Source: Ylistrum balloti
Lineage: Eukaryota
NCBI RefSeq assembly: GCF_031769215.1
Contig: NW_026781970.1
Coordinates: 2,542,001 to 2,606,000, forward strand
Direction: 5' to 3'
DNA length: 64,000 nt
Shown here: positions 50,507 to 63,998 of the stretch, in pieces
Position numbering within the stretch: the stretch's first letter is position 1
Layout: each line of letters opens with the position of its first letter
The notes under the pieces: model-generated
What the model was told of the DNA's origin: nothing
The model's input: the letters and a program-made list of their open reading frames with translations, nothing else
Databases searched by the model: none
Translations under genes and position numbers: made by a program

Positions 50507-53450
50507 TGTATATCAATATGTTTCAACAGTCGAAAATTTCCAAATCAAAATTGCAATTTCATTTCATTACTGGCAATTTGATCACAGGTACAGGTATTTT
50601 TATATGAAGATACAATTAACCGGACATTTCAAAGTACACCTGGGTATTTGCTGTGATGAGAGAGACTATTGGTCTCACTTGATAGTAAGGAGTGGGGGCA
50701 TAACTATCACACTTCTACATGGATTTTGTTGACAATTGAAATCCTAGTTTAAATTTAGGAACTGACTGGGTTTTTTTCTTCTTAATGATCATGTGAAACT
50801 TAATCTATACAGAGAAAACAGAAAAAAAACCAAGTAAATAGTTGATTACTGTTAGATATTTCACTATCATACCAGGCACTGATTACAACAGAAGGACAAA
50901 AACTATGATATCAGGTGATTCATTTATCATGGTAAGACTTTTTCATTGGCAAATATATATAGATATATAATGTGATTGGTTTCACTAAACCATAAAATCC
51001 GATCCATTGTTTCAAAGATGTTATCTGGAAACTATTAAGTAATAAGATAGTGTCACTTAACATTCATAACTTGTTATTAACACCCAACAAACAGCTGTAT
51101 AATAGGAAAATAAGTATGGTAGCCACATCAACTGTTATCACTATCATAAATCACCCAAAATCCATAACTCAGTGGAAATCTCACAGAATCAAGAAACCCT
51201 ATAACACAGGCCTCCTGCATTTTACTGAATATTAAATTTGTATTGCATAATTTAGGTTTTATTGGTACTTCAGTCTATGTTATTGGTATTTTGTAAATAA
51301 GGACTGACCTTTATTTTTTCAAAGGGCCACAACTCTCTCAATATCAAACATATACAGAAAAAAATGTCTGAATATTGTTGAGTGATGCAAAACTAATTTT
51401 CAGTTATACACTATTAAGATCCAATAAAAAAGGTCTTCAGATGTAAAACATCCTTGTACTTATTCTTTAACAGTACACATTTTTTGCAAGATACAATGAA
51501 GCATTTGTAGCATAAATTCTGATAAACCTAAACAAATCTCTTGTTAGTAAATTCAATTTGGGAAAATAGTTTATTTTTACAATTTATACAAACAAGAAGT
51601 AAAGTCATGTTTTTGAAATGAAATTCAAAACTTCAACAATAGCCATCAGTCTAGGTTCTTTCAGACCCAAGAAACATTAGAATTCTAAATGTGGCTAAAG
51701 GACCCCTTACTGATATGATGTCTGTTTAGTTACTCCAGTTCTCAAGAACAAGAAATCTTGTCAAGATGTAATTCTGATATAAACTTGTACCAATCTGGAA
51801 AAAAGGTTTTAAAGGAAAGAGCTGGGTGTAAACTTCCTATAATAACAAACAATTTATTAACTCAAACAATCTGTAACAGCTCTCCTGAAACAGGCTTGAA
51901 AGTACCTGAGTTAAAAGTCTCTTTACAGTCCACTTGTGCGGGTGAAACTTCATACCAGCTGTGGAAAGTATTTAATGATAAACACAAAACTTGTTCAGAA
52001 AGCTTTCTCACTGGCGGATGTATTCAACAAACAATCAAATTGGAAGTTTTTGATTGGCTGTTCATTGAAGAGTATGTGGGTGGATCCCTTGATGATAAGC
52101 CAAACCCTCTGCTTGAGTGACAGGAGGTAATCTAGTGGATGTAACATGGCGATGGTGTGTAGACAAGCAGAGCCTGATAGTATAGAGTGTAGACCACAAA
52201 TCTGTTACCCATTACAAACTGCTGTTATAGGCAAATGATAAATGCCTTTCAAGATTCTACCTTATTGCAGTTGGAAGGATTTCAAAAAAAAAAAAAAATC
52301 CATGGCAAAAAAATTGCCTGATGCCAAATGTTAAGATATAATATGGCTGAAGAAACGGTGTAAAGTGTTTACCTTAGATGTACTGACGAAGACCACCAGG
52401 CCTGTGAATGTCTAGAGAACGTGTGGAACTAAGTGTAGTTTAGAAACACTCATACTGAAGGGTTTTTTGTATCAGTTTATTTCCATCACTATTTCCCTTC
52501 CACCTTCCCTCCTTCCTCCTCCATCACTTTACCTACACTATAATATAATGGCTTTCAACTGTAACTGTAGTGGATAATTTACTCGAGTTATTGTTTCTAT
52601 ATAAAATTGTACGATATCACCTATCTTTAAGCAGACAAAGTCACATGCCTCACACACACTAAGCTCAGGTGTTGTAGAGTCAATTACCTCATCTACAAGA
52701 TTAGATCAATGAAATTAAAGAAAAAAAAATTAAATGATTTTACATGACGATGTTTATCATTTCTTCATCTGCTGTCAGTGCTTGTAATTCACACTAAGCA
52801 TTAGGAAATTGTAGTGTGGGGGCTGATAAAGACAACTTAAACTCCTGTGATAAGTGGTATAAACTCTGGGCACTGTTTCACTTACAAAGGGCAGATAATC
52901 AACTAAAATCTAAAATGCACTAACAACGGGGGTAAAAAAAAACCTACATGAAAGGAATTACTTACTATACAATGGCTGACTCTGAGAGCAGATACACCAT
53001 CTGTTGTAAAACGTCATTATTATCAACTATTGTACATATCATATGTGTTGATACGCTGGCGTACACGCTCTGACGTGGTCGATAGAACGTTTTGCAGCGA
53101 TGCAAGATAAGCGACTACAAAGGACGTTACGAAACAGATAAGAATAGTTCTGTATGAATTCCTGAAAGATTCGCACGCACACTCTTAGATAAATGTAAAA
53201 TTACAGAAAAAATCTTGTGTTGAAAAAGAAATCAAAACCAAAAACGCTATAACTAATTAAGTTTTTAAGTTTGACATGAAACCTCAACTATTAGTATTGG
53301 TTTTTTTTCTTATCATACACTGATCAGAGTCTTTCCAGGCAACAGGCAGAGCTGTCCATAAAGAGGAAAGGGAACATAAAACATATCTGTCATTGGAGAG
53401 GTGGTTCTGTCTGTACGTCCTAGACATCAATCAAATATTGAATCAATCAT

Positions 53451-53576
53451 CCTCAAGTGGAATATGTAACACCCATTCCTATTTGTCAGCTTCCTCAAGT
53501 GGAATATGTAACACCCATTCCTATTTGTCAGCTTCCTCAAGTGGAATATGTAACACCCATTTCTATTTGTCAGTTT
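53451..53576. repeat. 42-bp tandem repeat x3
   Basis: CCTCAAGTGGAATATGTAACACCCATTCCTATTTGTCAGCTT at 53451, 53493 and 53535. Confidence 0.95.
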
Positions 53577-53929
53577 CCCGGCACTTAACTTTATTTACAA
53601 ATTGAATTATCAGAGACATACACGATAAAAATTCCAAATATCCAAAATGGTTTGAAAAGGAAAGATTAGATCAATTTTAACTCTTCTTGGTAGGAACACC
53701 ATATTTCAGACATTTTGAAGAAAATGTCTCCCACTCCAAAACGAAGAAATCCCAGACGGATCCTAATGGCCGACATTGTATAGGTTTTATTGATATTTTT
53801 ATTTATTGGATCTTTCTGATATTTTTTTCCTCTTCGTTCTTAAGCATATTTTTTGTCTTTGAAATATGTTCTATTGGGTGGTGAATTAACTATATGGTAA
53901 TGTCAATAAGTAAAGAACAGCTACATATA

Positions 53930-54330
53930 AAAACTTCTTATCTAGAGCGTAACAAAACATCAAGGAAAATCAACCAATTAATTCTGAAAATCTATCAAAT
54001 ACGTCTCAAGCAGTAGCAATAACAAACATTTTGGTTGTCAAAATAATTTGAGATGACCAAACTGAATGGGCACTTCTAGGGACCAACAGTAACCTACATA
54101 TCAAACTTGAGAAACATCAAACCTTATCAGAAATAGTGATAAAAAATATTCATTGGTAAAATCCAAGATGTCTTTCTCTCGGTCATATTGTTCTTCTGAT
54201 CAGTCTCAGAATTAAAAGGGCATATGAAATTTGAGGAAGATTTTAAGAAATAACAAAAACAGGTTTTGTTTATGTACAAGGGATAGATGGAGGACCACAT
54301 CTGCCATGCGACTTAAACCAGCACGATACA
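53930..54330 (+). mobile_element. Diverged copy of the 38.3-kb HINE-like family
   Basis: TGAATGGGCACTTCTAGGGACCAACAGTAACCTACATATCAAACTTGAGAAA, GAAATAGTGATAA, AAAATCCAAGATG and GATCAGTCTCAGAA match the 38.3-39.1 kb subunits. Confidence 0.55.
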
Positions 54331-55289
54331 GCCAATTGACCGATATCACATATTATATATGAATTGTTCCACACTGAACAAGTCCTGCAATGCCTTCACA
54401 ATCGTGTTTGTAATTTCAGAATGAAAACCTTTTGAAAAGGGGAGATAAACTTGTCTTGATATTGATGCTATTTGTAACCGGAGAAAAGTTTCATTTCACT
54501 TCCAAAAAACCTCTATCAAGAGGGTTGGAAGTGCCTTCATATTTCTTACACTTTAAAAAAGGAATTTTCACACTGTCAATTTTTTTTTTTATTAATTTCC
54601 CACTTACTAACATTCCTTAAAAGATATTGATATATCAGCATCATGAACTCCCAGCAGAACATTTCTGCTTTTATAATATACAAACATCTTTATCTTGATA
54701 AGTCTGTCCAAGTGAAGCACGTTTGAGTGACATATATAGCAAGCAGCTGAACCTCCCCTATCGCACCAAACCAACCCACCAAAACACCTATCACTTTCAC
54801 TATCAGATGACCCCCATATAAACTAAGTCTTATCTTTTATTGACAAGATTTTGAAACCCGTACACATGTGTTTACTTCTCTTGGAAAAAGTGCAGTTCTT
54901 TCATCAAAAGTCCTGTTAGGAAATCTGAGGTTTTTCACCATTTCTCAGCTAGTCTATTGAGATTGAATCTTGAATATCTACAAATGTTACAATTTTTCCA
55001 GGTCAATTGTTTTGCCCACAGAGGCCTGTAACAATGCTTCTGGGGGATGAAGGATTGTATGGTATACTATATCTAATGAAGGGGACCAACTTAATAACAG
55101 AGAAAAATTCACTAGCTTCAAAAACGTGCTGGTATTCAGCCAAATACTGTTCATTTTTTACATCTTTGGTACCAAAATAATCACAAATAACTAAGCTACA
55201 AGGATAACATGACTTAAAAAGCTATGTTTTCACCTAATACAAGCATCATTTGACCTGGATTTCAACAGACAGACAAAGCTACAACAGGT

Positions 55290-56340
55290 GGTTTATAGGG
55301 TGTTGATCAAAAAGTAGAAGGATTGGGGTGTATAAATGGGCTACAGAGTGTTATCTAGGAGTAGGAGGTTGAGGTTATATTGGAAGGGTACAGGGTATTG
55401 ATCCAGGAGAGTGGGGTTGGGAGTGTATTGGTGGGGTACACTGATGATCTAGGAGTAAAGGATGGGGATGTATGAATGGGCTACAGAGTGCTATCTAGGA
55501 GTAGGGACATAGGGTTCTATTGGAAGGGTACAGGGTATTGATCTAGGAGAGTGGGGTTGGGAGTGTATTGGTAGGTACAGTGATGATCTAGGAGTAAAGG
55601 ATGGGGATGTATGAATGGGCTACAGAGTGCTATCTAGGAGTAGGGACATAGGGTTCTATATGAAGGGTACAGGGTATTGATCTAGGAGAGTGGGGTTGGG
55701 GGTGTATTGGTGGGGTACACAGTGATGATCTAGGAGTAAAGGATAGGGATGTATGAATGGGCTACAGAGTGTTATCTAGGAGTAGGGGGATAGGGTTCTA
55801 TATGAAGGGTACAGGGTATTGATCTAGGAGAGTGGGGTTGGGGGTGTATTGGTGGGGTACACAGTGATGATCTAGGAGTAAAGGATAGGGATGTATGAAT
55901 GGGATACAGAGTGTTATCTAGGAGTAGGGGGATATGATTCTATTGGAAGGGTACAGGGTATTGATCTAGGAGAGTGGGGTTGGGAGTGTATTGGTAGGTA
56001 CACAGTGATGATCTAGGAGTAAAGGATGGGGATGTATGAATGGGATACAGAGTGTTATCTAGGAGTAGGGGGATATGATTCTATTGGAAGGGTACAGGGT
56101 ATTGATCCAGGAGAGTGGGGTTGGGAGTGTATTGGTGGGGTACACTGATGATCTAGGAGTAAAGGATGGGGATGTATGGATGGGCTTCAGAGTGTTATCT
56201 AGGAGTAGGGGGATAGGGTTCTATTGGAAGGGTACAGGGTATTGATTTGGGACTAGGAAGATGGGGGTGTATATATGGAGTACAGGGTGTTGATCTAAAA
56301 GTAGGAAGATGGATGTATTGGTGGGAGTACAGTGACAATC
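55290..56340. repeat. G-rich satellite, ~141-bp unit made of three ~47-bp subunits, ~7 copies
   Basis: ATCTAGGAGTAAAG recurs at 55447, 55586, 55728, 55870, 56011 and 56151; each unit has three ATCTAGGAG-initiated subunits. Confidence 0.95.
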
Positions 56341-59300
56341 TTCAGGTGGCATTTAATATAGGTATGATGTTAGGATGTAGGTGTATGAGTATATTACAGG
56401 TGTTGGGTCTGAGGGGTGGGAAGTAGAGAGTTAGAATGTAGGGTTTAGGGTCTAGGAATAGGTGTGTGTTGGTGGGGTGGAAGAGATGTACTATGTAGGG
56501 AGAGATGCTAAGGAATAATCATTCCAGGGGTTATGAGTGTAAAAGGTCAGACTGTCATGTTAGGGATGTAGCAGCAAGGGGTCAAGGGTCTTGTATATAA
56601 ATGATTGATAACATTTTAAGTTCAATCAATAACTTCATTTCCTTATAAGATTATCTATAAGAGGGACACCTCCCCTCCTATTTAAAGGATTGAAAGAACC
56701 TCAGAATTGATGTTATAAGGACACACTGCAGATCAATGTGATAATTAACACTGACTGGTATTTCCAGTCTGAAGTTTGAACATACATTAAACTTCTTACC
56801 CCTGATGGGTGTTGTTCATCTTGTGACTTAATTTTCAAAAGCTTGTAAATATTGTAATATGACAATTTGTTTTACATATATGTTTGATTTTATGACTCAT
56901 TATGGTAACTATGTTTTGCACGATTAGACTCGCCTTAAGAGTGTTTGTGAGCTTACTGTTGTAGAAGGCTGATATAAGCCACGCCTACCTTACCTGTACT
57001 AGCCAGCCAATGAGATAGCAGCGTCCTTGTGTACACAAATATTGATTAGTGCTATCAGTCACCTGGTTTACGATCCAACACCTTGTTAAAGTTCAACAAA
57101 TTCATTTCCCAGTAGAAACGTGAAGTATATTGAATTGGCTATGTCAACACTAGATAGTCAAATATTGGTCGGGTCAATATTTACACAGGAGCGGGACACT
57201 GGGCCTGATAACAACACATAACATACTTATCGACCCATTACCTGAGTTTGTGGCAAAAACACCTTGGCTCTATGAATAACTGTGACTCTCTGTGCTCTCA
57301 TGCACACAGTATTCAAAAAAGAACAATTTCTCTATCTTTTGTAGTGGATTAATTTGAACAACCCCAGACTTCTTTAAATGAACTAAATCAATAAAATTTG
57401 AAATTTGATAATTATTGTTGAAAGACTAAAGTGGAGATGAATGAGTTGAATGTTGTATTTTATATGAAAGATCCTAAAGGAAACTCTGCCATCAGTGTAC
57501 ACACACTTACTGACACTTATCAATGACGCTTTTCTCCTCTTAAAGCGTTGACTAAGTACGATTAAACAAATAAAACTTCCATTATAATACAGACTACAAA
57601 CATTTGGTTTCTTAAATATGGTAAACAATCAAGAAAAGGATGAAAAATGTGAAAATAAACATTGAAGACCTCTCCAGATACCCCGAGGAACAAAGCTAAT
57701 GAAACGGGCCAAAAAAACAGAATAATACATAGTAAAAAGACTGAAGAGGCATTAGTTTGAATATTTAAAAAGCAATGTCAGAGTAAGTATTTTACAAGCA
57801 CACTGATCCCTGGAGGTCTAACGAGACCATTGTACAGTTTTTTGTATTACACTACTTAGACTGCCCTCATCAGGTTTATTCAATCCATGTTTCAAGTGCA
57901 GATTCTATAAGCACTTTGATCACACCACTGCAGGGAAATGCGATGTTGTCAAACAAATGAGCCTTTCACCAAATGCAAGATTTCAAGCTTTATAGACCTA
58001 TAGGTAGGGGGAAAAAATCAAAACAACAATTTTTATAATTTATATAACATTTATAGCATATTTTCTTACATATATATCTGTCGACTTTTTGTCCATTGTT
58101 TGTCCTTTTATTCATTTTGAGGCCCAAAGGGTGTTACAACACAATAAGAGATTCATATCCAGTTTATGGGAGAAGTTGACAACAAGTCCTGAAAATTAAG
58201 CTTCCAAATTTGTCATCTGTACATAGTTACAAAGGTTCAACCCCTTATTGTACTGGCCCCTTATGAGGCTTCATAGGAGCTGTGACTTAAGTATTGTGAA
58301 TCCGCACACGAAGGATATTACAACAGTACAAGTACAATCTGATCTTGACAAGAAGTTTCCCATATCATAACACCTATATGAGACAAATTTTTACACAATA
58401 AAACCATACTAATAATAGTAACTGTTGCAGGAAGAATTAAAAGTTGTCAAGTGAACATGACAACCACTCCAAACTATCTATTCCTTTGAATTGATATTCT
58501 ACTCAATTTGGAATATTTTTATTTTATCTTAATATTACTCATTTTTGGTCCAAAGAAAGCCATGTAATACCCAAAATAGGCCATTATAATAAATCAGCAT
58601 TTTTGTTTTTGTAAGTAGTGACTTATTATTTCAGAGGGTTGGACTGATAGGCAGCAGCCATCTTGTGATGGCAATGTCTCACTTGAGCTTTTATTTTTTT
58701 GGTACATACCATATTTATCCTGAACTGAGTCCTGAGAACTAAAAACATACCACTCTTGTCTGAAAGTAAGGGGTGGGCTTATTGCAGAACAATGAAATAG
58801 CATTTGTTTGATATTTCCATGAAGAGCAATGATTACAAGCAAGCTTATCACCAGGGTTTGGCTTATCGCTAAATAAATACAAGTATATCCCTAATCAAGT
58901 GGAGGAAACCAAGCACTGTTTCAAGTTTCATGAAACAGTGAAGAACAAAGTTTGTAGTTATCAAGAGAAGACATTTACCTCAAATTGTCACCCAAAAGTC
59001 ATCAAATTGGTAAATAACATACCATCAGTTGATAATTAACGAACCCCCACATTTCCTTAGCTTTTTGAATCATTCATTGTTATCATATATTGACTTTTGA
59101 CCTCCAACATGGGCACACAAACGACATTTTAAAGTAAGATGTACATTATCTACAAAAAAAGTTCTCCTAGATTTACTCCAATTAGACATCTGAAAAGAAT
59201 TAAAATCTGGCAAAAAAAATATTCTGGTGTATTGATGAGGTTTTCAGAGAACACTTCAACTAAACATTTAACTCTAGAATTGAACCTGTTGGTGAAATAA

Positions 59301-62300
59301 ATGCTTTTATTCAAACAATTAGGTCTCCTCTCAAAAAAAAAAAGAAGTTTTTTTTAAAAGAAAATTGAATTCTTTACACAGATATGTTAAAAACAGAACT
59401 GATCAAGACACAGGCTTGAATATCATTTGTAACCTATGCTACCTGTAACCTTTCAGCTGTACATCCTTTTCAAAAACCTAAAACTACATCATCAATGCGG
59501 GTTTTTACCACTGCCTTAAAGATTTAAACGAACAAGGACATCTCATTAAATTTGCAAACAGCAATTTGCAAAAACTTGAAATACGATGCATTGGAGTCTG
59601 AGAAATGAAGTAATTTTCTAATCTACCGAGTAGTTGCACATCCTATCCTGCGGGTTAGAGTACGCTGAGGGCAATAAATGTGATGAGGTGTTTAGCACCT
59701 TTGAAAGCAATGGTTTCTTATGCAATCTATACGAATTCTATCCCGTACACCAACACAGATCATCAGAAACTATTTCAGTAGATAGCAAAAATATTTTCCC
59801 AATCTTCTGTTGCTTTCTCAATCAAAAGAAAATAAAAATTTTATATTCAAACATACAAATTTTACGGGTAAGTTCCAAATTTTACTACAACTGTTTACAA
59901 AGTTTATTGAGCATGCAACAGATTTCTATCTTTTTTCAGGAGGAAACTTGAGTAAATTGATGAAACTGGATTGAGAACACAAATTTCATAGTACACGTTT
60001 TTACAACAAAATGACATTTGCTTTTCTCTATCTTGATTAATTAATTATTTTTTCCTTTGTAATAAAAGGAGATTTCTATTTTGTTACTGTATATATACAC
60101 GTCATATTGTGTTACCATGTAGGCAAATATGTAGGCCTATTGAGGTAGCAAAACTAATTGTTAAACGCCTCAAGATTTGATATGAAAGCACTCATGCTTT
60201 ACTGATTGGCAGTGTCTCCAATTGAGTTATTTTTCTGTATATGTACTGGACACTACAGACTTTACCTCTCTATAATATATATATGTCTTTTGTGTCTTCT
60301 TGTATCTTTAACTAAATTTTACTTGAAAACTTTCTAATCTTATCCTAGATACATAACGATTTGACTGTTGCGTCCATTGTATAGAAACGAAGAAACTGAA
60401 CATTTCAAATTAAATATGTCACAATCTATTACACACAAACTTTCAAACCCACATGAGAACTAGAAGTACATAATCACAACGAAAACAAGTGTAAGTTTGG
60501 TATCAACATGTTAGAATCTGTCCAAACCACACAAACACTGAGATTAAAGGGTTTGTGAGAGTTTTGTTACCAGATTGTAAGATTAGTTTACCCAACAGGA
60601 AGACAAATATCCGTTAATTTGTCCTCACCAAGATATCAGGACAACACCACAAGTTTTATTACTACATTTCCTTTCTTTGTTTTTTTTTTGTTTTGAAATT
60701 CACCTACCCTCTGACCTGAATTTATATTAATGTTGATCGTGAAAAATTTACTATTGGTTTCTCTTTCAAAGATATCATGGTGTTTTGTCATTAATAACTT
60801 TCCTATCTCGCATGCTCTGTAATCTTGTCAATATGAGTAATTTGGAAATCAAATTATTTCAAATGCTGTGTTTATTTAAGACTCATTTTCATGAAGATCT
60901 GTTATAAGGTTCTCCTACTAGCTTCCCCTACTCCACATGCTCTTAAGTTAAAAACATTTTCATGAACATCATAAAGATCTGTTATGACATGTATTCTTAC
61001 CCATAAGTCTGAACTGTTAAAACAGTACCATTACATCTTGTGTAGTATCTATTTTTCATATCTCGCAATGATCTATGATGACAAATTTTGTCACTATGGT
61101 TTTGTCAAAGTACACACAGATACTATTGACGGTGAACTACATTTTCGTTTTCCAGTGTAATCTTGTCTATTTATGAACTTATTGTGGGGGGATTTGTAAT
61201 ATATAATCTACTCTGATCCAATAAATTCTTCACCACTACAAACTTTTTCCCAAATGCAACAAACCCATGTTAGCTTGTTGTAAACAATACATTTTCTTTC
61301 CATTTTTCACTGATTTAAGACCAGTAGATTCTGGACATAAAATTGAAAGTATTTTGTATAAGAAAGCTCTATTTGAATATTAAAAGATAAGCATCTATAT
61401 CTTTAATGATAATGTTATTTTCTTTTTGATATTATTTGTCAATGAAGTTGACAGTACGTAGGAGATATATTTCTGTCTATACCCCAGTCAGTTATCATTC
61501 CCAAATCGTCAATCAGGCACCAATGTTAAACAATGGCTACCTCTCCACCAGACACTGGTGGGGGGCACAGCAATCCTGTTTTGCCTGGAAATTTGTTGTA
61601 AGTTCTCTAGGGTCAGTAGGACCAGGCTAGTGACAATTGGAAACTAATCTTGGGTATAGCTGGGGATGATTTATATTAGATACTGGTACCACATACGGGT
61701 GAGCCAGCTTGTGTAAACACTACTTCACCAACACATACCAAGATGCTCCCCTGCTGCCAAGCGAGCTCTGAGTTTGTGTACACAGGCTGAGAAAAATAGC
61801 TTACAAAATGGGCTAGATTGTATACATTGTGACAAAGCCCTGTGCCTTATCTACTAGAAAATCTCTGCTAAACTGGCTTTAGGTAAACTCTATCTGTCTA
61901 TACCTCTACATCCGGAGTGCATCACTCTGTTGACTTAAATATATGTACACTATGCTTGTGTTAGCATATGCATTGCAGCATTATCAAGTAACGCAAATTA
62001 CATCTTGCCTATCACAAAGAGATTAATCAAGCTTTACAGACAGGACGATCAAATCCTGGTCAACAAGGGTCACTTGAATGATGAAATAACCGTTCTATAA
62101 AGGGCATACATGTACATAATAACCATCGGTCTATAAAACTTATACTCTACAATCACCTGTCCATAAATTTTACACCTGTTTATAACAATCACCTGTCCAT
62201 AAAATTCATACCTGTTACAACCACCTGTCAAGGAAAACTACCTGTTGATAAAAACACTTGTTCATAAAAATATTCTGGTACAAACGTCACAATGTGTCCT

Positions 62301-62879
62301 ATACAGCTGAAGAGAGACAACTCTTACTACTTTGTTGCCACAAAAACAACAGGTACCTTAAAGCTAAAAAATATTCATATCCTTCCATCCTTTTTTACCC
62401 TTTGTATAATTCATATATTGATAAGAAGCTACATCATTTCCCAGTAACCAATTCATGTAATGGCAAAAATGTTCAATATCGAAATAACAGGAAATAAGAT
62501 TTCAAAAAAACAAAAAAAAATAAAAATAGAAAAAAATATTTAAAAAAAAAAAAAAACAAATGTTAGACAGAAATCAGAAAACGGATTGAACTGAAATTTC
62601 GACCTATTTCCTTGAATGACACTAATCAATGTTATCACATCTGTGTTTGTATTAGTCGTATCAGCAGTGTCAACATCTATGCAAACAACATTATTACAAT
62701 GTAAATACCAAGCATACCAAAAATATCGCAGTTATTTGTACACGTCCAGCACCCAGAAGTTGTGATCAGACCCTGCTGTCAAACACTACCACTTACTGAT
62801 AACTTGTGTGGATCACACCCGTGACCAGTGCACCGCCTAGTACACTATATGTCAGATTCATATGCTAGAGAGAATGATA

Positions 62880-63190
62880 TATTAGTACACAGTCAGTTAC
62901 ATGGTTTGTTAGCTGGGTTTATCACTCCATGCACAACCAGGATCATATCGAGGCAGCGTCTCCTTGTAATATCTGGTGGCGTCTTCACTGAACAACATAC
63001 AAGAGGCTTGTCAAATGTTATCGAGAGTAACTGGGGTAAAGTGTCTTTTCTAAGGCACAACCATAACAGCACAGATTTATCATTTCAGCATCCACAAACT
63101 GCCATGGGACCATCAAACCAGGTACCTTAGACCTTCACTTAAGGTGATGTAAGCTATTGCTCTAACAACTTAGCTACTTCAGCCCTACAT
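62880..63190 (+). mobile_element. Possible degenerate CORE-SINE fragment
   Basis: CTGGGGTAAAGTGTCTTTTCTAAGGCACAAC resembles the CORE motif GGTTAAGTGNCTTGCCCAAGGNCACA; downstream GGGACCATCAAACCAGGTACCTT...TTAGCTAC resembles typical SINE tails. No tRNA head recognised. Confidence 0.35.
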
Positions 63191-63683
63191 AATATTGATT
63201 GCAGAATGGTCACCACAGGAAGAGAGAATATAGCAATCAAATATTTGCATCGGCAATATCCTTCAATATACTAGCATGGTTTTATAATCTATACAAATAT
63301 ATACTACTGCATCAGCTTGTATCTCTATCATCTATTCTGTGTAAGTGTATGGAAATATATGTGTACATATACATGCATTTTAACACATTTGTCCTTTCAG
63401 ACCCTGAAGGTATATTGATTTCAACAATTTGCAGCCTTTGTCCCAGCATGCTACACAGGAATTAAAGTCAATATTGATCGAAATTGATGCAGGAAAGTTG
63501 TTATATGTCAAATGTTGCTGTAACCAAGACAAAATCTTACTTTACGTTTTCATTTAAAAGATTAATATAATAAAATTCTACCTTAAAAACACAACAACTG
63601 CAGAAGAATTTCATCCAGATTAAAACATATATTTGTGATATTGTCAATGTCATTGAGTACATCAGTGTTATTAACCCCACACA

Positions 63684-63998
63684 TCAATATGTAGGTTTAC
63701 AGACTCTGACATACATGGGCATAGACTCTGATAAACAACGTATCCTTTTACAAGCACAGACTCCAAGACAGTGACAGACTTCCTGGTAATCATACCTAAA
63801 ACAGCAGGTGTAGTGATACTCGGTCTTATCCTCTGTACCTAATACTATCATCATCCGGTCAAAGTTTTCACAACAACTTGACAACAGACATCTCATGTCT
63901 CTATATCTAAAGGACAAATATCGTATGTACAGCTCCTCGCCAGGGCAAACATCACATGCTGAAATATCAAATCTCATGTTTGCATTATTGACCTTCAG
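63684..63998 (-). CDS. Cys-rich open frame running off the window edge, unknown
   Basis: Frame of ORF 63684-63977 stays open to the window end (LKVNNANMRFDISACDVCPGEELYIRY...CKPTY*), about 104 codons. No family recognised. Confidence 0.25.
   Translation of the reverse strand: MKVNNANMRFDISACDVCPGEELYIRYLSFRYRDMRCLLSSCCENFDRMMIVLGTEDKTEYHYTCCFRYDYQEVCHCLGVCACKRIRCLSESMPMYVRVCKPTY

Noticed and set aside
52140-52200. Minus-frame TLYYQALLVY resembling SMG5 FYYQALSV
   Set aside because: Flanked by stops, no GDLxRY upstream or NQLG downstream, and no suitable splice sites: chance.
7880-53576. Array periods near multiples of a helical turn (31, 42, 62 bp)
   Set aside because: Other arrays (24, 27, 36, 48, 64 bp) do not fit; no evidence beyond coincidence.
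61731-61759. Candidate 29-nt minus-strand exon with a GTATGT donor
   Set aside because: Poor polypyrimidine tract; the only frame phase-compatible with the 58.7-kb candidate exon creates a stop.
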